The position numbers and the translations under genes were made by a program. Shown here one piece after another: positions 17,874 to 26,671 of a DNA stretch of 32,000 bases (position 1 is its first letter; each line of letters starts with the position of its first letter). The stretch comes from Candidatus Iainarchaeum sp. (GTDB lineage: Archaea > Iainarchaeota > Iainarchaeia > Iainarchaeales > GCA-2688035). Location of the stretch: the NCBI GenBank assembly GCA_028713935.1, contig JAQTNI010000002.1, forward strand, positions 17,854-49,853, read 5' to 3'. The notes beneath the pieces are model-generated. The model was given only the letters and a program-made list of their open reading frames with translations, was not told the origin of the DNA and did not search any database.

Positions 17874-18320
17874 TCACATTTTTCTTACTATTATTTTTGC
17901 TTCTTCCAAAATTTTTGGGCTTAATTCATCGAACTGGTCATTTTTGTAAACAATTTCCTTTATTCCCGCATTAATCAATAGCTTTGCGCATAAAACGCAT
18001 GGAAAATGTGTTGCGTAAATTGTTGCGCCTTTTGTCGGAATTCCAAAACAGGCTGCCTGTGCAATTGCATTTTGCTCTGCATGGGTTGCCATGCAAAACT
18101 CCAGGTTCTGCCCGCTTTTTAGCTGTTTTTTTTCCCTCATGCAATGGCCTTTTTCAAAGCAATCCTGAACCCCTTTTGGGGCTCCGCAGTATCCTGTTGA
18201 AATAATCTGCTTGTCAATAACCAGGACAGCGCCTGCTTTTCTTTTGAAGCAGGTTGCCCTTTCAGAGGCAATTTCCGCAATTTTCATGAAATATTCGTCC
18301 CAGGAAATTCTTTTCTGCAT
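17874..18320 (-). CDS. dCMP deaminase (ComEB/Dcd-type zinc deaminase)
   Basis: SWDEYFMKIA, HAEQNAI and PCVLCAKLLINAGI (H-A-E and P-C-x-x-C zinc motifs). Start taken at MQKRISW (18320). In-frame Mets at 18329 and 18350 are alternatives. Confidence 0.88.
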   Translation of the reverse strand: MQKRISWDEYFMKIAEIASERATCFKRKAGAVLVIDKQIISTGYCGAPKGVQDCFEKGHCMREKKQLKSGQNLEFCMATHAEQNAIAQAACFGIPTKGATIYATHFPCVLCAKLLINAGIKEIVYKNDQFDELSPKILEEAKIIVRKM

Positions 18321-18454
18321 AAAAATCATTTCCGTTTTATTTTTTCCCAAGGCTTTTGGAAGCGAGCAAAGCGAAGCATTTTCCCAAGGCTTTTTGCAAT
18401 AGCAAAAAGGCTTCAGCGAGCGCTACAAAAAGGCTTTTCTGCATAAAATCATTT
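18310..18454. repeat. ~100-nt intergenic repeat element flanked by a 20-nt direct duplication of the dCMP-deaminase start region
   Basis: Minus strand ATGATTTT(T)ATGCAGAAAAG occurs at 18329..18310 and 18452..18434. The sequence between carries two copies of TTTTCCCAAGGCTTTT (18343-58 and 18380-95), a CTTTTTGC/GCAAAAAG hairpin, and GCGAGC/GCGCTCGC modules shared with 19794..19900. Confidence 0.65.
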
Positions 18455-19531
18455 TTCATAAATTTTTTTCAGCTCCCCGAATAATTGTTCCATGAATTTT
18501 TCAAGAAATTCTTTTGGGACTCCGCCTGCCGCGGCAGGAATATGCCCCCCCGCATTGGAATTTGGGATTCCTTCAATTGCTTTTTCAAGCAGCCTGTTGA
18601 CCTGGACTTTTCCATCCTGCCTTCTTGCGGAAAACCTCGCATTGTTTCCCGAAACGCTCCAGACAATTATTGTTTTTTTCGGCTTTTTGTTGCTTATCTC
18701 GTTCACTATCTGGGATTTTATTGTTGGAAAGTCTGTCTTGATATTGTAAATTTCAAGTTCAAGTTCCGGAAAATTTTCAATTCCCGCTTTTGCTGATTCC
18801 TCAAGCCTTTTTTTTTCCACTTCAAATTCCTGTTTTATTTCCAAAAATTCTTTTTTCATGCAGTCCTGGATTTTTTTTGCGTCAAACAAAACCCAAAAAA
18901 TTTCCCTGAATTTGTCCTTGCGCATTACTCCCACTGCTGAAACCAGGCGCTCAAGCTCCTCTATTTCCCCTATTGTTGCCTTGTTGCGCTTTGCTGTTTT
19001 TTTCAAAAAGCCAAGCCAGTGTTTTTTTGCATTGTCCCCTATTATGCCTATGCAGGCAATCCAGTCTGTTTCTTCCAAAGGAAGAATCCCGTTGAAAACG
19101 TCAAAGCACAATTTTGAGGCATTGTAGGAACTCGGGTTTTTTTTTGACAAAAATTTTGGGTGCACAAAAACAATTTTTTCGGAATTCAAATCAGAATCAA
19201 ATTCATGGTGGTCAATTATCAGGATTGCATCCATAAAATTTACTTCACTGAGCTTTTCAAGATAGTAGCCAGTGGCAAGGTCCACAATAATCAGCTTGTT
19301 GGCTTTTTTTGAAAGCTCTTTCATGATTATTTTTCCTTTTGCACTGTCCCTGTAATTAAAGCCGTAAACAAGGACAGGCTTTTTTTGTGTGAGCTTAAAA
19401 ACGGCCTTTGCTGTTACCGCTGCAGAGGAAATTCCGTCGGCATCATTGTGGTAAACAATTGCAATGTTATCCCTGCCTGAAAGGCTTCTGCAGAAATCGC
19501 CGAATTTTTCAAGCAGAATTTTTTTTTGCAT
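18449..19531 (-). CDS. DHH/DHHA1 family phosphoesterase (RecJ/NrnA-like)
   Basis: IVYHNDADGISSAA (DxD), IIDHHEF (DHH) and NAGGHIPAAAGG (the GGGH-like DHHA1 motif). Start MQKKILL at 19531, or 19555. Confidence 0.8.
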   Translation of the reverse strand: MQKKILLEKFGDFCRSLSGRDNIAIVYHNDADGISSAAVTAKAVFKLTQKKPVLVYGFNYRDSAKGKIIMKELSKKANKLIIVDLATGYYLEKLSEVNFMDAILIIDHHEFDSDLNSEKIVFVHPKFLSKKNPSSYNASKLCFDVFNGILPLEETDWIACIGIIGDNAKKHWLGFLKKTAKRNKATIGEIEELERLVSAVGVMRKDKFREIFWVLFDAKKIQDCMKKEFLEIKQEFEVEKKRLEESAKAGIENFPELELEIYNIKTDFPTIKSQIVNEISNKKPKKTIIVWSVSGNNARFSARRQDGKVQVNRLLEKAIEGIPNSNAGGHIPAAAGGVPKEFLEKFMEQLFGELKKIYEK

Positions 19532-19621
19532 AAAAGTTTTTTTGCAGCAAAACATTTAATAACTCTAACAACTTATCTTAATAAAACAAAATAATTGTTG
19601 CTTTTTATTGGGGCGGCTTGA

Positions 19622-19789
19622 ATGGTTTTTTCTCATGTCAACAGCAAGGGCGTAAAATATTTTTTGCACCAGAAAGGCAGATTGCTTTTCTTCTCAAAAA
19701 ATCCCGAAGGCTCGATTAGCCTGCCTGAAGGGATGGCTGTTGTTGAAAACCAGAGGACAGGCCTTCCAATGGTGAAAAAAAAGCAGTAA
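19622..19789 (+). CDS. 55-aa conserved-looking small protein
   Basis: MVFSHVNSKGVKYFLHQKGRLLFFSKNPEGSISLPEGMAVVENQRTGLPMVKKKQ*. The pattern ...Y-x-L...(F/Y)FSK...LPEG(Y/M)-x-V-x-EN-x-RTGLP-x-(L/V)KK resembles a widespread small-protein family I recall. It falls below the track cutoff. Confidence 0.55.
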   Translation: MVFSHVNSKGVKYFLHQKGRLLFFSKNPEGSISLPEGMAVVENQRTGLPMVKKKQ

Positions 19790-19793
19790 AACA

Positions 19794-19900
19794 GCTTTTT
19801 GAAGCGCTCGCCTTTTGGCTCGCTTCATTGTAAAGCAAGGCTTTACGATGCCTCGCAAAAACTTGTTTTTTGCAAGGTCAAAAACCTGGGAAAAAAGAAC
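19794..19900. repeat. composite intergenic repeat element
   Basis: The 5' module GCTTTTTGAAGCGCTCGCC matches the reverse complement of 18415..18433 at 17 nt with 1 mismatch. TTGGCTCGCTTC and CCTGGGAAAAAAGAAC also match the 18330-18375 element. The central hairpin module 19830..19878 matches 3688..3733. Confidence 0.6.
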
Positions 19901-19930
19901 ATATATTGGAGAATAAAAGAGGTGTTTTTT

Positions 19931-21718
19931 TTGCGCTATAACAACAATGCTTTGAACAATGCGATTCTTTATTACAAAAAGTCGCTTTCCACAAAACTGA
20001 AAAAAAACCAGCTTGTGCTTATTGAGCTTCCCCTTAAAAACGAAAAGGCTTTTTTTTCACTTGCGCCCTTAAGCCAGGCAATCCACGAGCTTGGCGCAGA
20101 TGCGAATGTTTTTGTCCTTGACGGGGAAAGCAACATGCTAAAGTCTCTGCGCAAAACATGGGAATTGTTTGCAGGCCTGCAGGCTGGAGAAAAAAATTCC
20201 GGTACAATTGCGTTAAAGGAATTTATCGGCTCTGTGCAGAAAAAAACAAAAAGCAAAGAATTTGAAAAAATTTTCAAGGCTCCCGACCTTGAGCTTCGCG
20301 CAACAAAAACAGGTTTTATGGCAAAAGGAATTTCTCTAAACTATGATACAAAATGGTTCAAAAAATTCATGTGGGGCCTGCTTCTCAAAACAGCTGAAAA
20401 AATTCTTGTGCAAGGCTATGGCATAAAAAAATCTGAAAAGCTAAGCATTGGATTTGAATTATTGCCAAAAAGAAAAGATTTGGAATTGCCTTTGCAGGAT
20501 TACCTTGACAATTTTGCAGTTGCCTATACTTTTGCCCTGAAAGGCAAAAAGCTCTGCAAAAAAGTCAGCATGGGCGCCGAAACAGCGAGAATGTCGCAAT
20601 TGGAGCCCAGTGACAGGGTCTCTGACTTGTCCGCAACAATTTCCGGGTGCGAATATGAAAAAAAAATTTCAGAACCCTGGTTTAATGCTTTCAGGAAGCT
20701 TTCCCCGATTATTGGCTCTGGCAAGCTTGAAGTGTCTGAAGCCTCTTTCAGCATTGCTGGAAAAGGCTATGGGGGAAAACATTTTTTTGGAATGAAAATC
20801 GGTTACCCGACTCCAAACAAAAAAAGCAGATGGCAGGGCCCTGGGCAGATGTTTTTGAAGCCATGGTGGCTTGTCCAGACAAAAATCGACCCAAGGGAGC
20901 CACAGAGAAGGCATGCAATGACAGAAACTCTGCCAATAGAAAATTTTGTGAAAACCTGCAATATTGATTATTTTGAAATGCGCAAAAGGGACGAAGAAAT
21001 AAAAAAAGTAATTGAAAAATGCAAAACTCTTTTTGTGAAAGGCAGGCCAGTTAAAGGCGGCAGGACAGACCTTGTGCTTGACCTGCAGCACATTTTAAAC
21101 AAAAAAAGCCCAGTGCTTTCTTCAGACATTGAAGTCAATCCAATTGTCCCTTCAGAAGCAGCGTATATTTTCAATGTGAAAGCAGGCAGATACGGCAATT
21201 TTCCGGGAGGAGAGGTTTTTTTGACTCCCCACAAAATGGACGGAATTTTCATAGGGGATATAGTAATTGCAATTGACCAGAGCTATGTAATAGGGGACAA
21301 AAACCCGCTTGTAGTGAAAGTCATTGATGGCAAATACAAAATTCTTTCAGGGCCAAAGCATATTCTCAAGGCCTTTGAAAACCGCAAAAAAGAAGCCTGG
21401 CACCTGATAAATGAAATGGAAAAAAGCGGTGCAATGCCAAAAAGCATTATCCGGAGCTACAGGAGAAACTTCCAGAATGTGGGCGAGTTTGCAGTGAACA
21501 CAAACCCGAATGCAAGGCTGTCAAGGTATCTCATTGAAACAGAAAAGCTTGCGCGCATGATTCACATTGCGCTCGGTTCAGGATATGAGCCAAGCAGGGA
21601 AACATTGTACCACTGTGACATTGTAATAAACAATCCAAGGCAAAAAATGGACATTTACGGGCTCTCCCCTGACGGAAAAGAGCACTGGATAATCAGGAAA
21701 GGAAAATTCGTGATTTGA
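19931..21718 (+). CDS. M29 (aminopeptidase T/PepS)-like metallopeptidase with a long divergent N-terminal half
   Basis: C-terminal motifs GNFPGGEVFLTP, GEFAVNTNPNA, EKLARMIHIALGSGYE and LYHCDIV resemble the M29 metal-ligand blocks. The track start at 19799 (TTG) lies inside the repeat element. I prefer TTG 19931, 6 nt after the AGAGGTG SD. The first ATG is much further in (MLKSLRK). Confidence 0.65.
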   Translation: MRYNNNALNNAILYYKKSLSTKLKKNQLVLIELPLKNEKAFFSLAPLSQAIHELGADANVFVLDGESNMLKSLRKTWELFAGLQAGEKNSGTIALKEFIGSVQKKTKSKEFEKIFKAPDLELRATKTGFMAKGISLNYDTKWFKKFMWGLLLKTAEKILVQGYGIKKSEKLSIGFELLPKRKDLELPLQDYLDNFAVAYTFALKGKKLCKKVSMGAETARMSQLEPSDRVSDLSATISGCEYEKKISEPWFNAFRKLSPIIGSGKLEVSEASFSIAGKGYGGKHFFGMKIGYPTPNKKSRWQGPGQMFLKPWWLVQTKIDPREPQRRHAMTETLPIENFVKTCNIDYFEMRKRDEEIKKVIEKCKTLFVKGRPVKGGRTDLVLDLQHILNKKSPVLSSDIEVNPIVPSEAAYIFNVKAGRYGNFPGGEVFLTPHKMDGIFIGDIVIAIDQSYVIGDKNPLVVKVIDGKYKILSGPKHILKAFENRKKEAWHLINEMEKSGAMPKSIIRSYRRNFQNVGEFAVNTNPNARLSRYLIETEKLARMIHIALGSGYEPSRETLYHCDIVINNPRQKMDIYGLSPDGKEHWIIRKGKFVI

Positions 21719-21725
21719 ATTGTAT

Positions 21726-22793
21726 ATGCAGGGAAAAATAGCAGAGTTTTTTGAAAACACAAATGCAGAAGCAGTTTTGCTGAGAAATTCCGATTCCGCA
21801 CCCGATGCAAATTTTTATTATTTTTCAGGGCTGGAATCCGGGCATTATTCCGGAAGCTCGCTTATTCTCAAGCGGAACGGAAAGCCGCTGCTGCTTACAA
21901 ACGCGCTTTACAGCACAAGCATTGCCGCGCTGAGGGCAAAAAAAGTTTCTTCTGAAACCCAGTTAAAAAAAATCCTGGAAAAAGAATTCAAGGGGATAAA
22001 AAAAATCGGCCTGAATTTTGATTCTTATCCCAAAAACTCTTTTTTAAGGCTAAAAAAAATCCTGCCGGGAAAAAGTTTTCTGGATGTTTCAAAAGCCCTT
22101 GGAAAAACGCGTGAAACAAAAACAAAGGAGGAAATAAAAAAAATTGAAACCGCAATAAAAATTTCAGAATCCGCAATAAAAGAATTGCCTGTTTTTTTCA
22201 GAAAAGGCATGGCTGAAAAGCAACTGGCCTTGAAGCTTGAATTATTGCTCAGGGAAAAAGGCGACAACGAACTGGCTTTTCCCACTATTGTTGCCTCTGC
22301 AAAAAATTCTTCTGTGCCACATTATTTTACCGGGAACACGAAAATAAAAAACGGGTTTTTGCTTGTTGATTTTGGCGCAAAGTACAGGAATTATTGCTCT
22401 GACTTAAGCAGAATGTTCTGTGTTGGAAAAGCAAGTGCAGAACAAAAAGAACTTTACAAAAAAATATTTGATGCAAAGCAGTTTGCAAAAGAACTTTGCT
22501 TTCCAGGGGCTGACAGAAAAGAAATTTTTGGCAAAACAAACTCTTTCCTGAAAAAAAACACTCGCCTTGGAATGATTCACGGTTTGGGCCATGGCCTTGG
22601 ATTGCAGGTGCATGATTTTCCCTATGGTTTTGGGGAAAAAACAGGCGGCACCCTGAAATCAGGAATGGTTTTGACTCTGGAACCCGCGATTTATACAAAA
22701 AAATTTGGGATAAGGATAGAAGACGATATTTTGATAACAAAAAACGGCTGCAAATTGCTTAGCAATGCTCCGGAAGAACTTGTTGAATTATAA
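21726..22793 (+). CDS. M24 family Xaa-Pro aminopeptidase/prolidase
   Basis: Creatinase-like N-domain plus pita-bread motifs: VDFGAKYRNYCSDLSR, HGLGHGLGLQVHD, TLEPAIY and IRIEDDILIT. Confidence 0.88.
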   Translation: MQGKIAEFFENTNAEAVLLRNSDSAPDANFYYFSGLESGHYSGSSLILKRNGKPLLLTNALYSTSIAALRAKKVSSETQLKKILEKEFKGIKKIGLNFDSYPKNSFLRLKKILPGKSFLDVSKALGKTRETKTKEEIKKIETAIKISESAIKELPVFFRKGMAEKQLALKLELLLREKGDNELAFPTIVASAKNSSVPHYFTGNTKIKNGFLLVDFGAKYRNYCSDLSRMFCVGKASAEQKELYKKIFDAKQFAKELCFPGADRKEIFGKTNSFLKKNTRLGMIHGLGHGLGLQVHDFPYGFGEKTGGTLKSGMVLTLEPAIYTKKFGIRIEDDILITKNGCKLLSNAPEELVEL

Positions 22794-22799
22794 TTTTTT

Positions 22800-23075
22800 T
22801 CATTCCTGCAATGGCTTGTAGACGCAGAGGACAAGCTGTTTTGCTTCAGAAACTGCCGGTACAATAGTGTATTCATTAAAGCCCAGATTTTCCTGTTTTA
22901 CAAGTTCAAGGCCCTGCATGCTTCTGCAGTATTTTGTGTCTGAAATGATTGCCTGTTGCCTTGATGAAAGGTTGTTCAGGACAACTGCCATGTTGTTCTG
23001 GTTCAGGGCAATTACCATTGTCCAGGCAAGCAATCCCAACAAGACAATTCCCAGAAAAACATCTGTTACCTGCAT
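22800..23075 (-). CDS. hypothetical small membrane-anchored protein
   Basis: 91 aa with an N-terminal TM (VFLGIVLLGLLAWTMVIAL). A TATA-like CTTTTAAATAT lies about 30 nt upstream. Confidence 0.5.
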   Translation of the reverse strand: MQVTDVFLGIVLLGLLAWTMVIALNQNNMAVVLNNLSSRQQAIISDTKYCRSMQGLELVKQENLGFNEYTIVPAVSEAKQLVLCVYKPLQE

Positions 23076-23153
23076 GGATAAATAAAGCAGAGCCGATATT
23101 TAAAAGTTTGCCCATCGGGTTAAGTTTAATTAAACAAAGTTCAAGATAGAGTC

Positions 23154-23606
23154 ATGCCAACTCCAAAACGAAGGCGTTTTCTCATTCGACAAAAACAGAA
23201 ACGTAGAACTGGCAAACAAAAAAGAGTCACCATTTTCAACAAAAAAGTTTCTGATTTTCGGTGGAAGCAAATTCTTTTCGGTGCGAAACTGCAAAAGGCC
23301 TTAAGAATCGCCCGGACAGACCCACAACAGGCAAAGAAACAATACAGCAGGTTTGACTTTGTGGGGGAGTGGCTTGGCCTTCTTCAGGAATACAGCGCAT
23401 TGATTAAAACAGATAATGCAATTGGGGAAAAACCATTTAGGCAAAGATATGAAGAACGGCAGCACTCTGCACATTTAATACACGAAATACGGGTTCCCCT
23501 AATTCAGACAGCCCAAGAAGCAATAAAAGAATTGGAAAAGACAGGAATAATTCCAGAAAGTTTGGAAGAACGACGAGAAGGTTTGGCAAGAAAGCACATA
23601 TTGTAA
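23154..23606 (+). CDS. hypothetical basic protein
   Basis: 150-aa ORF with an Arg/Lys-rich N-terminus (MPTPKRRRFLIRQKQKRRTGKQKR). It uses CGA/CGT Arg codons, which look rarer in neighbouring genes. It converges on padR with a 3-nt gap. Confidence 0.45.
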   Translation: MPTPKRRRFLIRQKQKRRTGKQKRVTIFNKKVSDFRWKQILFGAKLQKALRIARTDPQQAKKQYSRFDFVGEWLGLLQEYSALIKTDNAIGEKPFRQRYEERQHSAHLIHEIRVPLIQTAQEAIKELEKTGIIPESLEERREGLARKHIL

Positions 23607-23609
23607 AAT

Positions 23610-24158
23610 TTATTTTTTTGCGTGAATTTTTGCCGAGAAATTTATTTTTTCGACTTTTTCAAGGAACTCCCTGAAAATATTCAAAAATTCTTTTTTTTGT
23701 TTTGCGGAAAGCATTCCCCTCCTTGAGAGCACTGCAAGCTCCAGAAGAGAAGTGCGGTATTCTGCAAGTTCCCGTTCAAAAAGGCTCTGGATGCTTTCAA
23801 ATATGTGCAAAAAATCCTCGTGGCTGTACTTTGAAAATTCCTTTGATTTGTACAATTCAATCAATTTTGGGGGAAAGAAGCTTTCAGAAAGGGACCTGGC
23901 TTTTTTTCTTCCAAGGCCTGTTATTGCATAAACCTTTTTTTTCCTGCCTTTGGACTCAAGGCTTTTCACTCCAATTAATTTTTCCTTTTTCAATTCTTCA
24001 AGCGCAGGATACAAAGAACCCGGAGTAGGCTTCCAGATGTTCATGCACTGCTTGCCTATGCTCTGCATCAACAGGTAACCATGCATAGGTTCTGTTTGCA
24101 GCGCCTCAAGGATCATCTGTTTTAATTGGCCCTTAAAAAAATTCTGCGAGTTCAGCAT
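23610..24158 (-). CDS. PadR family transcriptional regulator
   Basis: MHGYLLMQSI...WKPTPGSLYPALEELKKEKLI...KKKVYAITGLGRK is the PadR wHTH signature. The ATG directly abuts the permease stop (TAA-ATG). Confidence 0.85.
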   Translation of the reverse strand: MLNSQNFFKGQLKQMILEALQTEPMHGYLLMQSIGKQCMNIWKPTPGSLYPALEELKKEKLIGVKSLESKGRKKKVYAITGLGRKKARSLSESFFPPKLIELYKSKEFSKYSHEDFLHIFESIQSLFERELAEYRTSLLELAVLSRRGMLSAKQKKEFLNIFREFLEKVEKINFSAKIHAKK

Positions 24159-25379
24159 TTATTCACTTCCTTTCCTCAATGCCTCAACAGGGTCAAGCAA
24201 TGCAGCCCTCCTTGCAGGATATGCGCCTGAAGCAATGCCAACAAACATGGAAAATGCAAGAGCACCGATTATCAGCAGGAAATCAATCCTCACACTGAGT
24301 GCAAAGTTCATTGCACTTGCAACTATTCCCACCAAAAAAGCCAGTCCATAGCCCAGAATAACCCCAATAACACCGCCAAACAGGCCAATCATGCCGGCTT
24401 CAACAATAAAAATAGAAAGTATCAGCCCGTTTGTTGCTCCGATTGCCTTCATTACTCCGATTTCAGATGTCCTTTCCATAACAGACATTATCATTGTGTT
24501 CATTATGCCGATGCCACCCACAAAAAGCGAAATGCTTGCAATTCCCACAATAAACAGCTGAATCAGGCCCATAACCTGGTTTATGCTATCAAGAATCTGG
24601 GCACTTGTGACTACCGTGAATGTTTTCTGGTCCTTGCCATATTTTTGATCAAAAATCCTTTCAATTTTTTTCTGGACAGCCAGAACATCCTCTTTCTTTT
24701 TTGTAGTTGCCATCATGAACATGGGTTGTGAATCTTCAAAAGTCGCTTTGTAAGCACTTTCATTGATAAGAATAGTTGTGTTTGTATTTGGGCCTCCTCC
24801 AAAAGAAGTGCTTGCTTCCGCAGTAATTCCAACTACCCTGAAATTTTTTCCATTGACAGTGATATTGTCCCTGAGCCTTATCTTCTTGTCAAATGTATCG
24901 TTTGCAAGCCCGTATCCTATAATTGCAACATAGCCATCAGAACTCTTGATTTCCCTGCCTTGCGCTATTTTCACAAAGCCTGTTTTAACCAGGTCCTTGA
25001 CCTCATTCGGGTTATACCCAATTATTGAAACGCTTTTTTTTTCATTATCAAACTCGGTTGTTGTCGAGGTCATTAAGGGCGCAAAAGCCTGTGAAATTTC
25101 TGGAATGCGTTTAATCTTGTTTATTTCAGCATCTTGAAGATATTCAATCCCCATGCTACCTTCCATGCTCATGCTGCCTGAAGGCGCAATAAAAATAGTA
25201 TTCGAGCCAAGCGTCTCAAACTGCTCGACAACAGCATTGTTCAAGCCGTCACCAAGCGCAACAAAAGTGACAATTGCGGCAATCCCAATTATTACGCCCA
25301 ATATTGTAAGATATGTTCTCAGGCCCTGATGGCTGAGATTGTCAACCGCAACTTCAATTACCTCAATTCCGCCCTGCAT
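24159..25379 (-). CDS. ABC transporter permease, MacB/FtsX-like
   Basis: N-terminal TM, a large extracytoplasmic MacB-like domain, then the FtsX-type three-TM C-terminus (...ISLFVGGIGIMNTM...MKAIGAT...). Confidence 0.88.
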   Translation of the reverse strand: MQGGIEVIEVAVDNLSHQGLRTYLTILGVIIGIAAIVTFVALGDGLNNAVVEQFETLGSNTIFIAPSGSMSMEGSMGIEYLQDAEINKIKRIPEISQAFAPLMTSTTTEFDNEKKSVSIIGYNPNEVKDLVKTGFVKIAQGREIKSSDGYVAIIGYGLANDTFDKKIRLRDNITVNGKNFRVVGITAEASTSFGGGPNTNTTILINESAYKATFEDSQPMFMMATTKKKEDVLAVQKKIERIFDQKYGKDQKTFTVVTSAQILDSINQVMGLIQLFIVGIASISLFVGGIGIMNTMIMSVMERTSEIGVMKAIGATNGLILSIFIVEAGMIGLFGGVIGVILGYGLAFLVGIVASAMNFALSVRIDFLLIIGALAFSMFVGIASGAYPARRAALLDPVEALRKGSE

Positions 25380-25435
25380 TTGTCCACAGCCCCAAAAAGA
25401 AAAGAATTTGCCGCCGCTATGGGCGGCTTTCTGAT

Positions 25436-26671
25436 TTATTTTTTTTGTTTTTTTCCGCGCCTTCTCAAAAAGAAAAAAGCAGCGATTATTACAATCACTA
25501 TGATTGCAGCCGGAAGTATCAGGGATCCAGAGCCATTGCCATCTGCAGATGCTTCTGCTGCGGAATAAATCTTCACAGGAACAATTTTGGTTACTTTATG
25601 GGGTTCGCCGAAATTGTCCTTGTATGTGATTTCAACAGTCAGATTATGCATTCCAGGCTGGGCATCCTTGTTTATTTCAGCATCGAGAACAATTGAATCA
25701 AAATCATCTGATTCCAGGGAACCTACAAAAAAGCTGTTCTTTTTTACTGTAGCAAAGTCAGATTCAACAGTTGCCTGAAGAACACTGGCTTTTCCATCTC
25801 CAGAATTGTAGATGTCGACTGTTATCTCTGATTTTATGCCTGGCTGAAGCAGCACGCTTTCTTCGGAAACAATTGCCCCGATTTCCGCTTCATCAGAAAC
25901 TTTCAATCCTATGTAATCTGTTTTTGTATACTCTGTCTTGTTCTCATCCAAAAAAGCCATTTTTATCGGAATATAATATGCTTTTGGCTCTGAACCCGGA
26001 TTCATCAATATTTTCAGCTTCACATCTGTTGTTTCATTTGCCCCAAGTTCTGGCAGATAGGCAAATGCTATTCCAAGTGGCACAACAGCCCTTTCAACGA
26101 CAACACCTGTTGTTGTCACGCTTCTGTCCTCTGTAGGGCCTATTGAAAGGTTATATGCCCTACTGCTTCCAGTGTTCTTTATTGTGAGAACCAGGTCAAT
26201 CGGAGTCCCAATAATTGCCGAATCAGGAGTAACTGAAATAATCTGCAGGCTTGGCTTTCTGCTAAGTATCTTTATTGTGATCGGAGCCGAATTCCTTGTT
26301 AATCCTTCCTCGCCAGTAAGCGCATAAATTGTATATGTACCGTCAAGCGCATTGGGATCTACAAGAATCCTGTATCTTGCAACTGCTGTCTTATAAGGTT
26401 CAATGGTTCCAAGCTGCCTTGTGCCGTCATCCCCTGTTTCAAAGGAAAAAGGGTACGTTGTAGTTGCCTCATCTGCTTTAAGGCGGAGCACGATAAATGC
26501 ATCCTTTGACTGTCCAACAGACTTGTTTGTCATGTTAACCCACAGAGTGATATATTGGCCTGGCATTGCCGGGCTTGGATCAGTGCTGGTTGAAGTAACC
26601 TCCATAGGGGTCCCGAAAACTGTTGCTGCAAAAAAAATCACCAGAAATGCAACTAGAATTTTATTTTTCAC
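25436..26671 (-). CDS. cell-surface protein (COG1361/S-layer-domain-like) with a signal peptide and a C-terminal TM anchor
   Basis: The GTG start overlaps the ATPase stop (GTGA). Signal peptide MKNKILVAFLVIFFAATVFG, repeated beta-sandwich-like segments, and the C-terminus LILPAAIIVIVIIAAFFFLRRRGKKQKK. Confidence 0.75.
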   Translation of the reverse strand: MKNKILVAFLVIFFAATVFGTPMEVTSTSTDPSPAMPGQYITLWVNMTNKSVGQSKDAFIVLRLKADEATTTYPFSFETGDDGTRQLGTIEPYKTAVARYRILVDPNALDGTYTIYALTGEEGLTRNSAPITIKILSRKPSLQIISVTPDSAIIGTPIDLVLTIKNTGSSRAYNLSIGPTEDRSVTTTGVVVERAVVPLGIAFAYLPELGANETTDVKLKILMNPGSEPKAYYIPIKMAFLDENKTEYTKTDYIGLKVSDEAEIGAIVSEESVLLQPGIKSEITVDIYNSGDGKASVLQATVESDFATVKKNSFFVGSLESDDFDSIVLDAEINKDAQPGMHNLTVEITYKDNFGEPHKVTKIVPVKIYSAAEASADGNGSGSLILPAAIIVIVIIAAFFFLRRRGKKQKK

